A stretch of DNA of 50,638 nucleotides from Chromera velia (taxonomy: Eukaryota): assembly GCA_018398765.1 (NCBI GenBank), contig JAHBMJ010000307.1:1-50638 (forward strand), in the 5' to 3' direction. Below the pieces are notes generated by a model. The model was not told where the DNA came from and searched no databases. It was given only the letters and a program-made list of their open reading frames with translations. Each line of letters starts with the position of its first letter. Positions within the stretch are counted from its first letter, which is position 1. The translations under genes and the position numbers were made by a program. This document shows, one piece after another, positions 1 to 42,593 of this stretch.

Positions 1-1
1 G

Positions 2-1424
2 AAGAACAAAATTGACAGACAAAGTGCCGAGGTGCAAAGGACCAGGCAGAACAAGAGCTCCGCACCTTCAGAGCTGCGTGGAGGATCGGCCCTGCATGCC
101 CACGTCCTCTCGCCCCCCACCTCTCCCCTCGCCAACGCGGTCTCGGTCAGAGAGCCCAGGGGGTCCTCACATTCTCAGCACTCCCCCTTCTCTCTGGAGG
201 CCCCCCCGACCCCCACCGAGCCCGTCCCTCCCTCTCAGAACCCCCCTCATTTCCCGAGTGAGCGTTTTGGAAGACGCCTAGAGGATGACCTGATCAATTT
301 ACACACCCTAATCTTTGAGAGTCCAGACAATGAGCTCAAGCTTTCCGGAGACAAAAACTGCCCTTACAAGATCGACCATAACCGAGGTCTCATGCTGCTC
401 ATTGATCCCGACAACCCAGACGCCACCCTGACGGGATCCCTCGAGGCCGACCATGCCCTCGCCTGTTACAAGAAGGCCCTATCCACCCTGGCCGCGTTCG
501 AGTACGTCGCCAGACGGAGGTATCAGGTCTTCGATATGCCCTACGAAGAGTTTAAGGACTCTCAGAACAACCTCCTGCCCCTCCCCAAGGTCGAAGACGA
601 GGACCATCTCCAGATGCTCGCAGAAAAATACGACGACACTCCCGCAGGAGAGGAAACTTATTTCTCCCGGATCAAAAACTTTCTCCATCAACTCGCATTG
701 AGGGAGCGGGGGGACTATGTGGACGACTACCCAGAGATTCGGAGGTTCAACACACGGATGAGGAGACTGCGCTGCCGTCTGGCTCGCATGTTCCCAATGG
801 GAGAGCCATGGGAGGAAATGGCACTCGATGAGAAAAAGACGCCGCAGGCTTGGGGTGAGTCAGTCGGTTACTCAGTCTGTCAGTGTGTGAAGGGAAGGGG
901 GAATCAGTACCTGTACCCACTTTCTCTCTCCCCGCCCTCTCTATATGTATCTCTTTTTATCCATCTGCCTGTCTCTGTGAATCTATCTGCAGATCCTCGC
1001 ACCTACGTTTGTCGTTCTGTCCCCCTCTCTTCTTCCTCTTTCTCCTCATTTTTCATTATTACCAGCTCTTAGTGTCCCAATCTTTCTTTTTCTCTTTCTC
1101 CCCCTCTCATCCCACCCTCCCTGCCTGTGTCTGCGTATGTTCGCCGCACACTAATTCTTCCCGCCCGTCCGCCCGTCCATCCATCCACCTGCAGGTCAGT
1201 GGAAGGAGTTTCTCCACATCAACTGCCTGAGGAACGTGCGAGTGCTGGAGGAGCGCTGCGCGGAGATCGCCCAGAGGGAGCAGTCCGCCAACAAGCCAAA
1301 GGAAGACTCGACCTACATGAAGCGCTTCACGTTCCTTGCCACGATGACAAACGCGATCGACAGACTCAGAGAACAGCTCCCCTATGATATTGAGGGGGGG
1401 GAGGAAGCTGTGATCGAGCTGTGA
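2..1424 (+). CDS. Hypothetical protein, 5'-truncated by the window edge; exons <2-854 and 1195-1424
   Basis: The frame is open from position 2 with codon-like, non-repetitive sequence. Donor G|GTGAGT (855) and acceptor CCTGCAG|G (1194) join in phase 1 (...TPQAW-G-QWKEFLHINCLRNVRVLEERC...), linking ORFs 32..1072 and 1236..1424. Stop TGA at 1422-1424. No family recognised. Confidence 0.75.
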
Positions 1425-1464
1425 AGGGGGTAGAAGGGGGGGAGGNGGGGGGGGGCGAGAGCTT

Positions 1465-2268
1465 TTGACAGAGGAAGAGAAATCATCTTGTCGGACAGCT
1501 CTTCTGCATTTTCAAGAAAGTGACCGTGACGGCTGTTTGCACTTCTACAGGGTGGGGGTGGGTGGGGGAGGGTGGGTGGAGGAACGATCGGCAGTTTGAA
1601 TGCAGAATGAAAATGAGAAAGAACATATCACATCAACGCCTCGATCTAGACAAAGGCAAACCACATTCCCACACAGCATCTCTTTCTCCCTCAAGGTTGA
1701 GAGAGGGCAGGCAGCATTTGTCTCTGTGCAATGGAGAAGGGGACACAAAGGGGGAAGGCAACTTTATACAACAGATAAAAAACAAAAAGCGCGTTATGCC
1801 CAGAGAGGCCACCGACTAGTGCCAAGCACAAAGGAAAGAGAGAGGATCGAATGAAGAGAACGCGTCAAAATCAAACGTCTAAATGGAATTTCTCATTTCT
1901 CAGTAGATGTGCACGCTGTGAAATGGTTTGAAGGGGAGGGAGGGAGGAGGGAGAGAGGGAAGGGAGAAGCGTTGACAGAGGAAGAGAAAACATCTTGTCG
2001 GGTCGGACAGCTCTTCTGCATTTTCAAGAAAGTGACGGCTGTTTGCACGTCGAAAGGGTGAGGGTGGGTGGGGGAACGATCGGCAGTTTGAATGCAGAAT
2101 GAAAATGAGAAAGAACATATCACATCAACGCCTCGATCTAGACAAAGGCAAACCACATTCCCACACAGCATCTCTTTCTCCCTCAAGGTTGAGAGAGGGC
2201 AGGCAGCATTTGTCTCTGTGCAATGGAGAAGGGGACACACAGGGGGAAGGCAACTTTATACAACAGAT
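1465..2268. repeat. Direct duplication of about 300 bp downstream of the first gene (copies ~1465-1776 and ~1972-2268)
   Basis: Near-identical sequence in both copies, also visible as duplicated ORF translations (MKMRKNISHQRLDLDKGKPHSH..., MQNENEKEHITSTPRSR...). Confidence 0.95.
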
Positions 2269-4100
2269 CAAACGAATACAAACTACAATGAAAAATGTGT
2301 TGCTCATACACGAACCCTCAAATCGATCTTTGCTAAAAAGAAAAGACAAAGGGGGCGTTAACTCTCTCTCTTTTATTCAGGTTGTGGGCATCACAGGGGA
2401 CGTTGAGATCTCCGAAAAGGCGGAAGAAATCTGTTACTGGTCTGCCCCGTCACTTATGGCCGATCAAATCATGCATCATCATTGTAGAATTATGGCCCTG
2501 CAGGCCAAATAATCGCCGTCGGCACATCAATAAAAAAGATTGCCCGAGCTAGCACCTGAGACCTCTCTGCTGGTTGTGGGACCATTATCGCTATTACTAG
2601 CAGTATCGGCATACCACGTCTGTATGGTTCTTTGTATGACTGTTGAACAGACTAGAGTTAAGACACGTATTGTGATGTACAACCTTTAAGATAGTCTTTG
2701 CAACCTTATTTAAGATAAGAAACAACAACATTAGTGTACAAAGCCAGTAAAATTTAAAGAAAACAAACTAATTGAGTGTACGTGTTAATAATAGTTAACA
2801 TTTTTTAAATCAGATAATCACTTATTTTTAAAGTTAAAAGCAGTCAAAAGTTCATTTAATCAATTTTTGCCTTAAAACAGTAAGGAAACAGTTTGAAAAC
2901 ATGAATGATGTGGAGGCGGGGAGGTTAAAATATGTTAAAGCCACTATCCTTTATGTTTCACTTAGTCTCATTTCTTTTGTTAAAAAAAGGCTTAAGCTTG
3001 AATTAGCAGACTACTGCGAGCTTGAACGCCCTCCGTGTCTTCAGATTTCATAGGCTAGCAGCTTAAATGAATCTTATTCTAGCTTTATCACTGTAATGGC
3101 TATAATATTAGTGCCAATTAGTTAGTATTACCCTATATCACCCAAACTAACCAAGAGTAGTAGTAATTATGTCTCAGTAGTAATATGACAAAAAAGCAAA
3201 ATCAGTGTAGGCACATGCATAATAAAACCCTTGATCATCAGTGTAAGCACTGCTAGCTACTAAGTACTACTAAGTATATCTTCCTATTTAAAAACTTTTT
3301 TTTCCCTATGTTTTTTTAGCTGTGCAATGTGCATTGTATGCATATCGTTTTTGTTTACTGTAAATTAACTAGTTTAATTCATAGTAAGTTGTAGTCTTGT
3401 TTCTCATGCCCAGTCGCCTTCCTCCTCGGAGTACCTCGGAGCCTGTCACAGAGCTACCAAGTGTTTTTTTTTCTTTTGGTAGTGTTGCTTTGCTTGGCAG
3501 TGCCTGCACTATACGGAGCTATAATGATGATCGAGGGTTTTGTTATGCATGCCGCGTCCCGGGCGGATCTAGCCTATAGTTTGTCCGAAGGCTAATCCAT
3601 GCTAATTCTGCCTGTCTCCTTCCGTCTCCTATACCGATACACACACTATGCGTGAACTGTTGCACATACTTGTACGCATTGATACACTAATCTCGTGTTG
3701 TCGATGTTGCATAAGCAAGCCCTATGCAAGCCCTTCGACTTGCACCTGTAGATTGACTTATTGTCGTTGTTCAGATCGACCGTACATCGACTGCATGTGC
3801 TTACCACTGACTCTCTGGGCGTCTTCTTGAACCACTCGATCCATGAAAGAGGGGAGCGACTGACGCAGAACAGTATCTTCCAGGGCAAAGAGCGCGACCC
3901 TCGAAAACTTAACTGGGAGGGGCAGGGGGAGCAAGTGCCGACGCTCTGAGCGACTTCTTATACCCGCTTTCTCCAGGCGTACAGCGCTGAAGGTCTTGGT
4001 ACGAGAGCCATTTGTGAAAAGCGTTCACTGATCTTGACTTCCATCCGCACGTTCGCCTCGCAAATCTCGAAGGAAGACGGAAGAAGCGTGGATCTCCTAA

Positions 4101-34369
<30,269 letters not shown>

Positions 34370-35921
34370 TTCAGGTAACAAGGAAAGCTCATATTATCAG
34401 AGATCCGACTGTAAATCCGCTGTGATGGCGCTATTATTTACCATGAAGTATTGTGCAGTCTACCGTGAAGTCTCGCCTTTTCTTACTTTTTCTTATGATT
34501 CTTTGAATATTTCTATAAAATTTTCAAAGAGACTGGTAAAGAATCTTTAAAATTTGGTCTTAGAAACGCATTAACTTTCATTAAGAAATCATTTTTTTTA
34601 TGTTTTTTTTTTATTATGCATCTTCTATAGAATAAAATAGAATATGATAGGATTTATATCTAGATTTATATTTTAGATGCCTCCCGCGGCCCACTGCCTA
34701 GAAATGGCTTATATTATTGGTAGCTTCAGTCAGTGTTGAGAGCAGCCAACATCAGCCAACTATTCAGAAGGATTAAGAAGGATGAATCGATTGATTACTT
34801 ATGTATACTTGTGTATGAGATTTGTATTATTCCAATAAAAAATCGCAACTGTTAAAGTTACGGTTTCTCTCACACAAGTTGTAACAACGGGAATCCAAAA
34901 TGAATTTTAATTACAGTTTTTGGTGTGTAGAATCTAACAAGATACAGCTATCTGTGTACCTCTGTGTACCTCTATGTATTACATAGTATTACATATCTTC
35001 ATACCCTGGGAATGATCCAGGGAATCATGGGAGTAAGCGTTTAATCTAGTTCAATCGTTTTATTTTTTTTTCAAAACTATTCTGTATGCTCTGTAAGGCT
35101 CTGTTTGTTTTCTAAGATCAGGAGTGGCAGCCTTTGCAATGTTTGCATATGTTTTTTTTTTTTTTTGCATGTCTGCTGCTCATCATATGCAAAAGCTTAG
35201 GCACTGGCAGGTACCTACAGGTACCCCGGCCGCGACGCCCCCGCGGCCCCCCGCGGCCCCGGCTCAGCTCAAGCGCGCGCTCGCGCGCATCGTATAGCCG
35301 TGGCAGCTGCACAGCAGCTAGTGCAATGCTAGTGCAGCTGATTCAGCTGCACTTTCGATAGAGCTGCGAAAAAAACATATTTGGGCCAAACATGGATCAA
35401 CTGGGCAGTTTTCCTGTGTTTTCCTTGGAATCATGTTTCTCAGAAGCTCGAGAAGTGGTTTGGATGGAGTCCAGAGCCGTCCGGAGAGGGGCGATTTCTT
35501 CGGAAAGTGAAAAGGATTACGGAGAAGGCTTCTTGAAGCTGCAATTGACCATTTGGCAAGCAGAGACGAGAATGTGCCCACAAGAAGTTCCGAAAGCCCG
35601 CGGTTCATCTCCACACTGAGCAGGACATCAGCGCCTTGACTTTGGCCATTACGTGTCTTTTCTCTGTACTGATTCTTTTTACGGCCCTCAACTTGCGTCT
35701 GTAGAGACCCTTGGACTTTATAAATCTGAAAATTGGGTCGGGGTTGGCAAGAGAAGAACGTGCGAGTCAACTTTATACTCCTCCAAGAGACTCTGTTCAA
35801 AGCGAAGCCCACCAGTCATCGTGACTCATCATCCACAGTGGCACCTGTCTAAAGAACCAATCACATCAAGCAAAACAAACACACGGTCAAATCTTTCAGA
35901 AAAGCAAAGAAAAAGAAAAGG

Positions 35922-37644
35922 ATGGAGGGGGCTCAGACTGAAATCAGCCAAACCTCCTACCTCCCCGTGAGGCAGTACTTTGAGGCGACTCTTCAGGGTT
36001 CCAAGTTTGTGATCGAGGACAATTTCCGCCCCATCCGCACCATCGGACGCGGTTCCTACGGCACAGTGTGTGTGGTCCAGAACACCCGTGACAGGTCCCT
36101 GAGTGCCCTGAAGAGGATGGATCACGCGCTCGAAAACGGAGTCATTGCCAAGAGAACCCTCAGGGAGGTGCGCATCCTCAGATTTTTGAATGGCAGACAC
36201 GAGAACTTGCTGGACATCGAGGATGTCTACTGTTCGGGTCAGTCGATCGGCCTGCATTGCTCAAAGTCTCACCATCCTGCTCTGCGTTTCCCCGATGTGC
36301 AAAATGTGAGGTGTGGACGTGTTCCTGCTTCCTTTAGCGGAGAAGAAAACTAAAGGGAAGATGTTTCCAACACCCATGCGTGGGACCTCCCCATTTTCAC
36401 GGTGCGAAATCACTCAATAAAACATGAAGAGAGAGTGAGAGAGAGAAAATGAGGCAAATGCTGCAGGGAAATGAAGTTTGATCCAGTGACAAAAGTGCGT
36501 GGGTTGTTTTGCTGGCAGAGACCTTGTCTACCGATGCTGCTTTCTTTCCTGCTTGGATTCTGAAGTACAAATTCACAGGCATCCTCACAAATGCATAGAC
36601 GGCAGTTGACATGCGCATACAGAGGGAAAGGGGGGGGGTGGGGGGAGATGCAGAAAGGCACTGAGACAGGACAACGGATACGGAGGGAAAGACAGAAAGA
36701 GGAGTAACTAAGAACACACTAGACGAACCAACCTAGACGAAAACAGGTATGGAGTGGGTCGTTGGCTGTCAGAGGAAGTGTTTTGAGCGGGTCTCTGAGG
36801 TAGATAGTTCGTACCAATCGTACCGATAAGAGATCCATGCTGTGACATTTCTGCAGGCGGGGACGCAGCTACGTACACGGAAGTGTACATGCGCTCTGCG
36901 ATGATGCCGACAGATCTCCACTCTGTGCTGGCAACGCGCCAACCGCTGTCAGAAGACCATCACCGATTCTTTATGTTCCAACTCCTGTCGGCTTTGGACT
37001 TTCTGCACAAAGCCAGGGTCCTCCATCGAGACGTCAAGCCCCGCAACATCCTCCTGAATCAGGAGTGCGATCTGAAGTTGTGCGACTTCGGTCTTGCTCG
37101 TACGCTTCCTTGGAGAGACCCTGAATCCGCCCCGATCCCCAACACCAGAACAAGAGCAGAAGTCGACGCACCCCCTCCCTATTCGCCCGCAGCGTCACCG
37201 GCTCCACAAATTGGGGGAGGTCGCGTGCCTCCTTCCCGTGCTCCGGCCCTCGCACCACAGGGGGAATTGAATCTGCCCCAAGGGGGCCACGATCAGCAGG
37301 GGGGGATGACGTCGCACGTTGCCACCAGGTGGTACAGGGCACCTGAACTCCTCTGGTGCGCAGAGGAGTATGACGGTGGTGTGGATGTTTGGGCGGCCGG
37401 GTGCGTGCTTGCGGAGATGCTTGGGGGTGGTGAGGTCCTCTTCGCAGGCAGAGACAGTGGAGAGCAGCTTGAGCAGATCGTTGAACTGCTCGGCATGCCT
37501 CCCGATGGCCTTTTGGATGAAATTCCCGCAGGCCCTCTGCACTTCATGAGAAGAGTCGCAGAGAGACGCGACAGGAACCGAAGGGCTGGGGAGGGACAGG
37601 GGGAGCCTGGTGAGACTCGGAGCGTTGTGGAAATTCTACGGTCA

Positions 37645-37692
<48 letters not shown>

Positions 37693-38166
37693 TGTGTGTG
37701 CGTCCACAGAGAGAGAGAGAGAGAGAGAGACTGCATGTCTGGATCCAGCAATCTTTTCTGCTCGCTCCAATTGTTTGCGCCTCGCTTGCTCAAGTCATCA
37801 CATGTCGACTGAAGGTCACCGTCGTCGCCAACGCAACGCGACCAAGTTGCGGATCGATTTTGCACTTTTCTTTTGCATGCTGGAGTTGGCGTAACTGTTT
37901 TCGCCTCTGCGTCCCTCCCTTGCTCTCCGAAAAGTCTGTCCTGTCGGGCATGTAGAACGCACGCAAGCTCTGTCCGCGTATATATGTGAAAGATTCCTTT
38001 CTTCTGTTCTCAGTACGTGTGCACACAGTGGGTCGCAAGAGAGTTGCTTCACTCATTCCGTTCTGGTCGGCACAGAATGTCTTTTCTTTGGATTTTGTTT
38101 CTTTTGTTGCTTGCTTGCCTGCTTTCTTTCTTTCTTTCTTTCTCTCTCTCTCTCTCTCTCTCTCCC

Positions 38167-38202
<36 letters not shown>

Positions 38203-39149
38203 GTGCTTCCTCTCTTTCGGTCTCACTTTCTTCTTTCTTTGTTCCTTGCTCTCTTTTTTTCTCTTTCTCCTCTTGCAGGGAGAAGTTTCCAACGGCTTCG
38301 GACAGCTGTCTGGAACTTTTGGCCCGAATGCTTTCCGTCCACCCCTCCCTGCGTCCCTCTGCCGCCGCCTGCCTGGACAGCCCCTGGTTCCAAGACAGCC
38401 TGGCCGAGTCAGAAGACGATGGAGGGGTGGGGGGAAGTTCTCCAGAAGACGGAGAAGGAGACGCGGTGATGGGTGCAGGTTGGGAGGAGGAAACCCGCCA
38501 CTCCCCCCATCTGCCTCCCCGAGACCTGTCCGCTGAAACCACCGACACCGCCACTGAAGAGTCCAACCGCACCGTGATTCACCACGGCACTCACATGCCG
38601 TTGGATTCCGAACCCCACGCGACCCTCAGCCACCTGATGCCTAAGGAGGCCTTTGCATTTGAGCGAGTGTCCGGCTGCCACCCTTCATCGATGCGCGTCT
38701 TCCGACGAGAGCTGCTCAAAGAGCAGGCACAGTGGAATCGTCGAGAGGAAGATAGTACCGCGTTGGGACTGCAGGAGAGGGAGACGGAGACAGAGAGGGA
38801 AGACACCATCGAAGCTTCAGTGATCTCCAGCCCCTCCACCGCTCGCTGTACCCCCTCCACCCCCCCCAGCACGCTGGAGCATTCTCCTTCGCACCCACCC
38901 AATGCAGACTCTCTGCAGGATATGCCTGTCGGCTCTGCAGTTGTGGGCGCAGATGCTGGGGTCGGAATGGGAACTAGTGAGGGGGTTGGGGTGTCCTCTG
39001 TGCCCGGAGATGCCCTCGGGGGGATGAGAATCGACGCTGTGATGGGAGAACCGGACGGAAATGCTCAGTTTTCAGGTGCAGCGGCGGCAGCAGAAGTGCT
39101 CCGCAGAGTCTCTGCGATGATGGGGGGGGTGCAAGAAGAATCCACATGA
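35922..39149 (+). CDS. Mitogen-activated protein kinase (CMGC/MAPK) with an atypical TSH activation motif; exons 35922-36237, 36857-37640, 38279-39149 (656 aa)
   Basis: IGRGSYGTVC, SALK, AKRTLREVRILR, TDLHSVL, LSEDHHRFFMFQLL, VLHRDVKPRNILLN, LKLCDFGLAR, TSHVATRWYRAPEL, VDVWAAGCVLAEML, LELLARMLSVHPSLRPSAAACLDSPWF. Both introns are GT-AG and phase-consistent (1 and 2); total 1,971 nt. Confidence 0.95.
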
Positions 39150-42100
39150 ATGAACAGATGAACAAGCAAGAGAGAGGCAGTCTGTATGTATGTTTAAAAA
39201 TTCCGGCAATGGCGATTGAAGGGTGCAAGTACTGACCGTGACAAGTAGACAACACGAACTGTCAATTGTTTTTGTTCAATTGTTTTTGTCTCATTTCTCG
39301 ACCATCATAATGTGAGAGCGTGCAAAAGTGCGAACGGATTCCCTCATTTTCTTTCTTAAAGGTGATTCTACTTACAAGACAGAGTGTCAACAATAGAAGG
39401 ATTCGAGTCGAGAGAAGTGAACGAAGATATGCTTCTTTTTAGCTGGCTGGGATGGTGGCCCCTCAGTAAGGGCACTTACGAGCCCCTGTATGCCTACTGG
39501 TATGTCTGACTTGTGGTGGCAGAGAGAGGTATTCGTGTGCACCTCTGCCGGTTGGTATGGAGAGAGCGTCGGTCGTTTTTGTGTTGCTCTCTCTCTCTCA
39601 TCAAAAGAGGCGGGGAGAACAGAAGTGCGACCTTGCCGTAATTTGAAGGTACATTCATTATTCTTTCTCCGTCCTCTTGGTCGTTTCTTTTTGAAAGTGC
39701 ATCGGGGTGGGTGAGACGACAGATCCTGTTCACGTCTCCTCTCTCTGACATTTTATCTCTGTCTGTTTGCCTTCACTATTTTTTTGTTTCTCGTCTCAAC
39801 CGACACTCGATCGCCGTCCTTGATACTTCTCTCCTCCCTTTTTGTTTCGTCCGATTTCATTCATCATGTCTTCGTCCACCCCTGACTGCATGCATTCTCC
39901 CTCCCTCCGCATGCTCTTTTCAATCCTGCATGACTTGTCTGTCTTCTTCTCCGGCTTTCTGAAAAACAGGGCTCCAGGCCAAGTCGATGGATGGAGTTGA
40001 AGAAGAAACTTTGAAGCAGACTGTCATACACCCGTCCAACCAAACGCCTGTTGCTGCTGCGACTTGATCCTCTTCTGTTCCCTCAGATGATGGGGTTGAA
40101 CAAGAAGATGCAGAAGGAGAAACTTCCTTCAATCGTCACGTCCCCTTTCTGTTACATAGCAGAGAAGCAGAGTCGACAATTTAAACTGCCACTTCCCTCT
40201 TCCTTTCTTCTCCGTCAAGAGAGAAGGAGAAAGGGAAAAGTTTTGAATCGTGATCATCATCTATGCACTGTCTGACAAAAGAGGTTTACACGTAAAGATC
40301 AGTTCACCTACCTGCATGCTCTGAGCTGTCTTCATTTCGTTTGGCGGTGCTCCTCTCCGTTGTTTTCAAGGAAAGAAGAGCCGTCAATAAATCGCGCAGC
40401 TTGTCTGTCAGTCTCAAAGCCCTTTATGTGTTCGGTCTGTCGAGCATCGTTCTTCTCGTCCAGAAATAGAACGGTCTCTTTTCCAGCCTCTTTAGAAGCT
40501 GTCAGGACATCCTCTCTCAGCCCTCTTGCCCCTTCCTCATTCCCTTCCTTCTTTCTCGGCTCCCTCGTCCTCTTCTTCCTCTTATGCATGCTAGAGGGAA
40601 CTTCGAGCCCCTGTAGGCTCGGATTCGGTTTTTGACCTCAACCCTCAGTGCGTCTATCTGTCTCAACCTGAACCCTCCTCAGAGATCGAGTGAGTCTCTT
40701 ACTTCGTGGTTGTATGGCCTCATGTTGTACGTGTAATGCTGCTGCTGTTGAACGAGAAGAGACATACAACAGAAAGAACCCACGGAAGGGCTGGAGATCG
40801 GCACGCGGTCGGTGCGAGAGGCCGATAAGACAATCACTTTTAGAGTCGGAGACCAACGAAGGAAACAAACGGAAAGGAAAGCTTCGGGTCACTGCTGCCG
40901 GTCTTCTTCGGTTGAGAGCCGATGGAACCCTGATTCCATTCCTTCAAAGTATGACTCAGAAACAAGGAAAGAAAGAAAGAAAGAAGGAACAAAAAGATGT
41001 TGTAGGCTTCTTGTCTCTCCTGTTCATGGTCTCCATTCTTATTTTCCTCAGGAGATTTGTTTTGGGCGGGCCTAGCTCACCATACAGCAAATATTGATGG
41101 ATATGCAAACATGAAAGAAACAGCCCCGGGGGNNNNNNNNNNCCGGGGGGGGGGGGGGTAATGCACGAATCGATCGGTGGAATTACATGATCAGTTCGAA
41201 AGCTCCCCCCCTCGCCCTCTTTGTTCTGTTGTGTGCATGGCTTTTTTTGTTTTAGTCAATTTCCTTCTCTCTCCGAGAGAGAGAGAGAAAGAAAGCAAGA
41301 GACTGAGCTGTCGTTCACTTTTCTTGCTTGCTTTTCTCTTCCTCTATTTGCTTCCGTCCTCTCTTTGTTCCTTCCTTTCTCCTTCTGCTCGTTGTCCTGG
41401 ATGTTTCCCTCTTGTGAATCGGTCTTCCTCCCCTTCCCTCCCGTCAGCTCTCTTTGCGTGATGCATTTCTCTCTCATGCTTTTCCTTGAAGTATGTCCTT
41501 TTACTTCCTCCGTCTCTGCTCCGTCCCCAGCCGCCCCCTTCACCCCTCCCGACCCTCTCTGCCTGCATATCCATGTATGTGGCGTTGGAAAACACAAGGG
41601 GAAGTGAGGCAACAAAGAAACATTTTCCGTCCGACGGAGAAAGTCTGCATGGCATGAACAGAAATGCGAAAAGACAAAAGTATTGGGGGCATCATGGGTC
41701 TAATGAAATATGGAAGGGCTCATCGGCTGCAGGCCTACGGCTGGTTTGGCCCTTCGATTTCTCTCTTTACCTTTTCGGTCATTCGATTGCGATTGCCGAC
41801 GGTCGATTTCGTTCTGTAAATGTAAATTCGCAGAGAAAAGAACAATCGGTGAGATGGAGGGAGGTGCTTTACTGGCTTCCCTGCTAGCTCTGTTCCTCTG
41901 TTATTGTCTTCCCATCTTATCTCTCTTCTACCCTGTTTCTGCGTCTTCGTGTATTGATATTTCATTCATGTGTGTTTGAGTCTGTAGACATGCACATAGT
42001 CATTCTTCTCTGCCCTTCGTGTCGACAGAAGTACAGAGAGATGGACTGACTATGTGTTGGTGGAACGAACATGAAGTGGTTCGGTCCGGCAATTTGTCCA

Positions 42101-42213
42101 GAAAGACCTTTAGACTGTGTCTCGTCCGTTGATGTGTGCATGCTGGGTTCCGAGCGTTGGTTGTTGGGGAGGATTTGGATTTGTGTGTGTGGTCTGTCTG
42201 GTTGCTTTTCATG

Positions 42214-42593
42214 GTTGATGTTGCTCGTTTGTTTCATGCGTGTTTGTGTGTAAACCGCTGGCGCTGTCTTTCTGGCTCTGCATACGATCTTTGTTTGCAC
42301 CGGAACGGTTCAGAGATCTCGCTTTCTGTCGCAATTCTGTCTGCCTTCTTCCCTCTTCTGCTCTCCTTTCCGGCATGTTGTTGCTTCTTTGTTGCATGCG
42401 TGTTTGTGTGTAAACCGCTGGCGCTGTCTATCTGGCTCTGGATACGAATTTCGTTTGCAGCGGAACGTTTCAGAGGTCTCGCTATCTGTCGCAATTCTGT
42501 CTGCCTTCTTCCCTCTTCTGCTCTCCTTTCCGGCATGTTGTTGCTTCTTTGTTGCATGCGTGTTTGTGTGTAAACCGCTGGCGCTGTCTATCT
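42214..42593. repeat. 160-bp tandem repeat, about 2.3 copies
   Basis: GTGTGTAAACCGCTGGCGCTGTCT recurs with TAAACCGCTG at 42251, 42411 and 42571; intervening sequence is highly similar. Confidence 0.93.

Noticed and set aside
35392..35619. 75-aa ORF upstream of the MAPK as a separate gene or uORF
   Set aside because: Short, no motif, no splice link to the MAPK, and the transcript start is unknown.
39780..40960. Selenoprotein or TGA read-through gene on the minus strand
   Set aside because: About five or six TGAs in roughly 330 codons is what chance gives in TA-poor DNA. There is no redox motif context and no recognisable SECIS.
41126..41158. Poly-G/C runs as functional G-quadruplexes (also 1426-1455, 11449-11467, 12992-13020 and the window end)
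   Set aside because: Most coincide with N gaps, so their length and sequence are unreliable.
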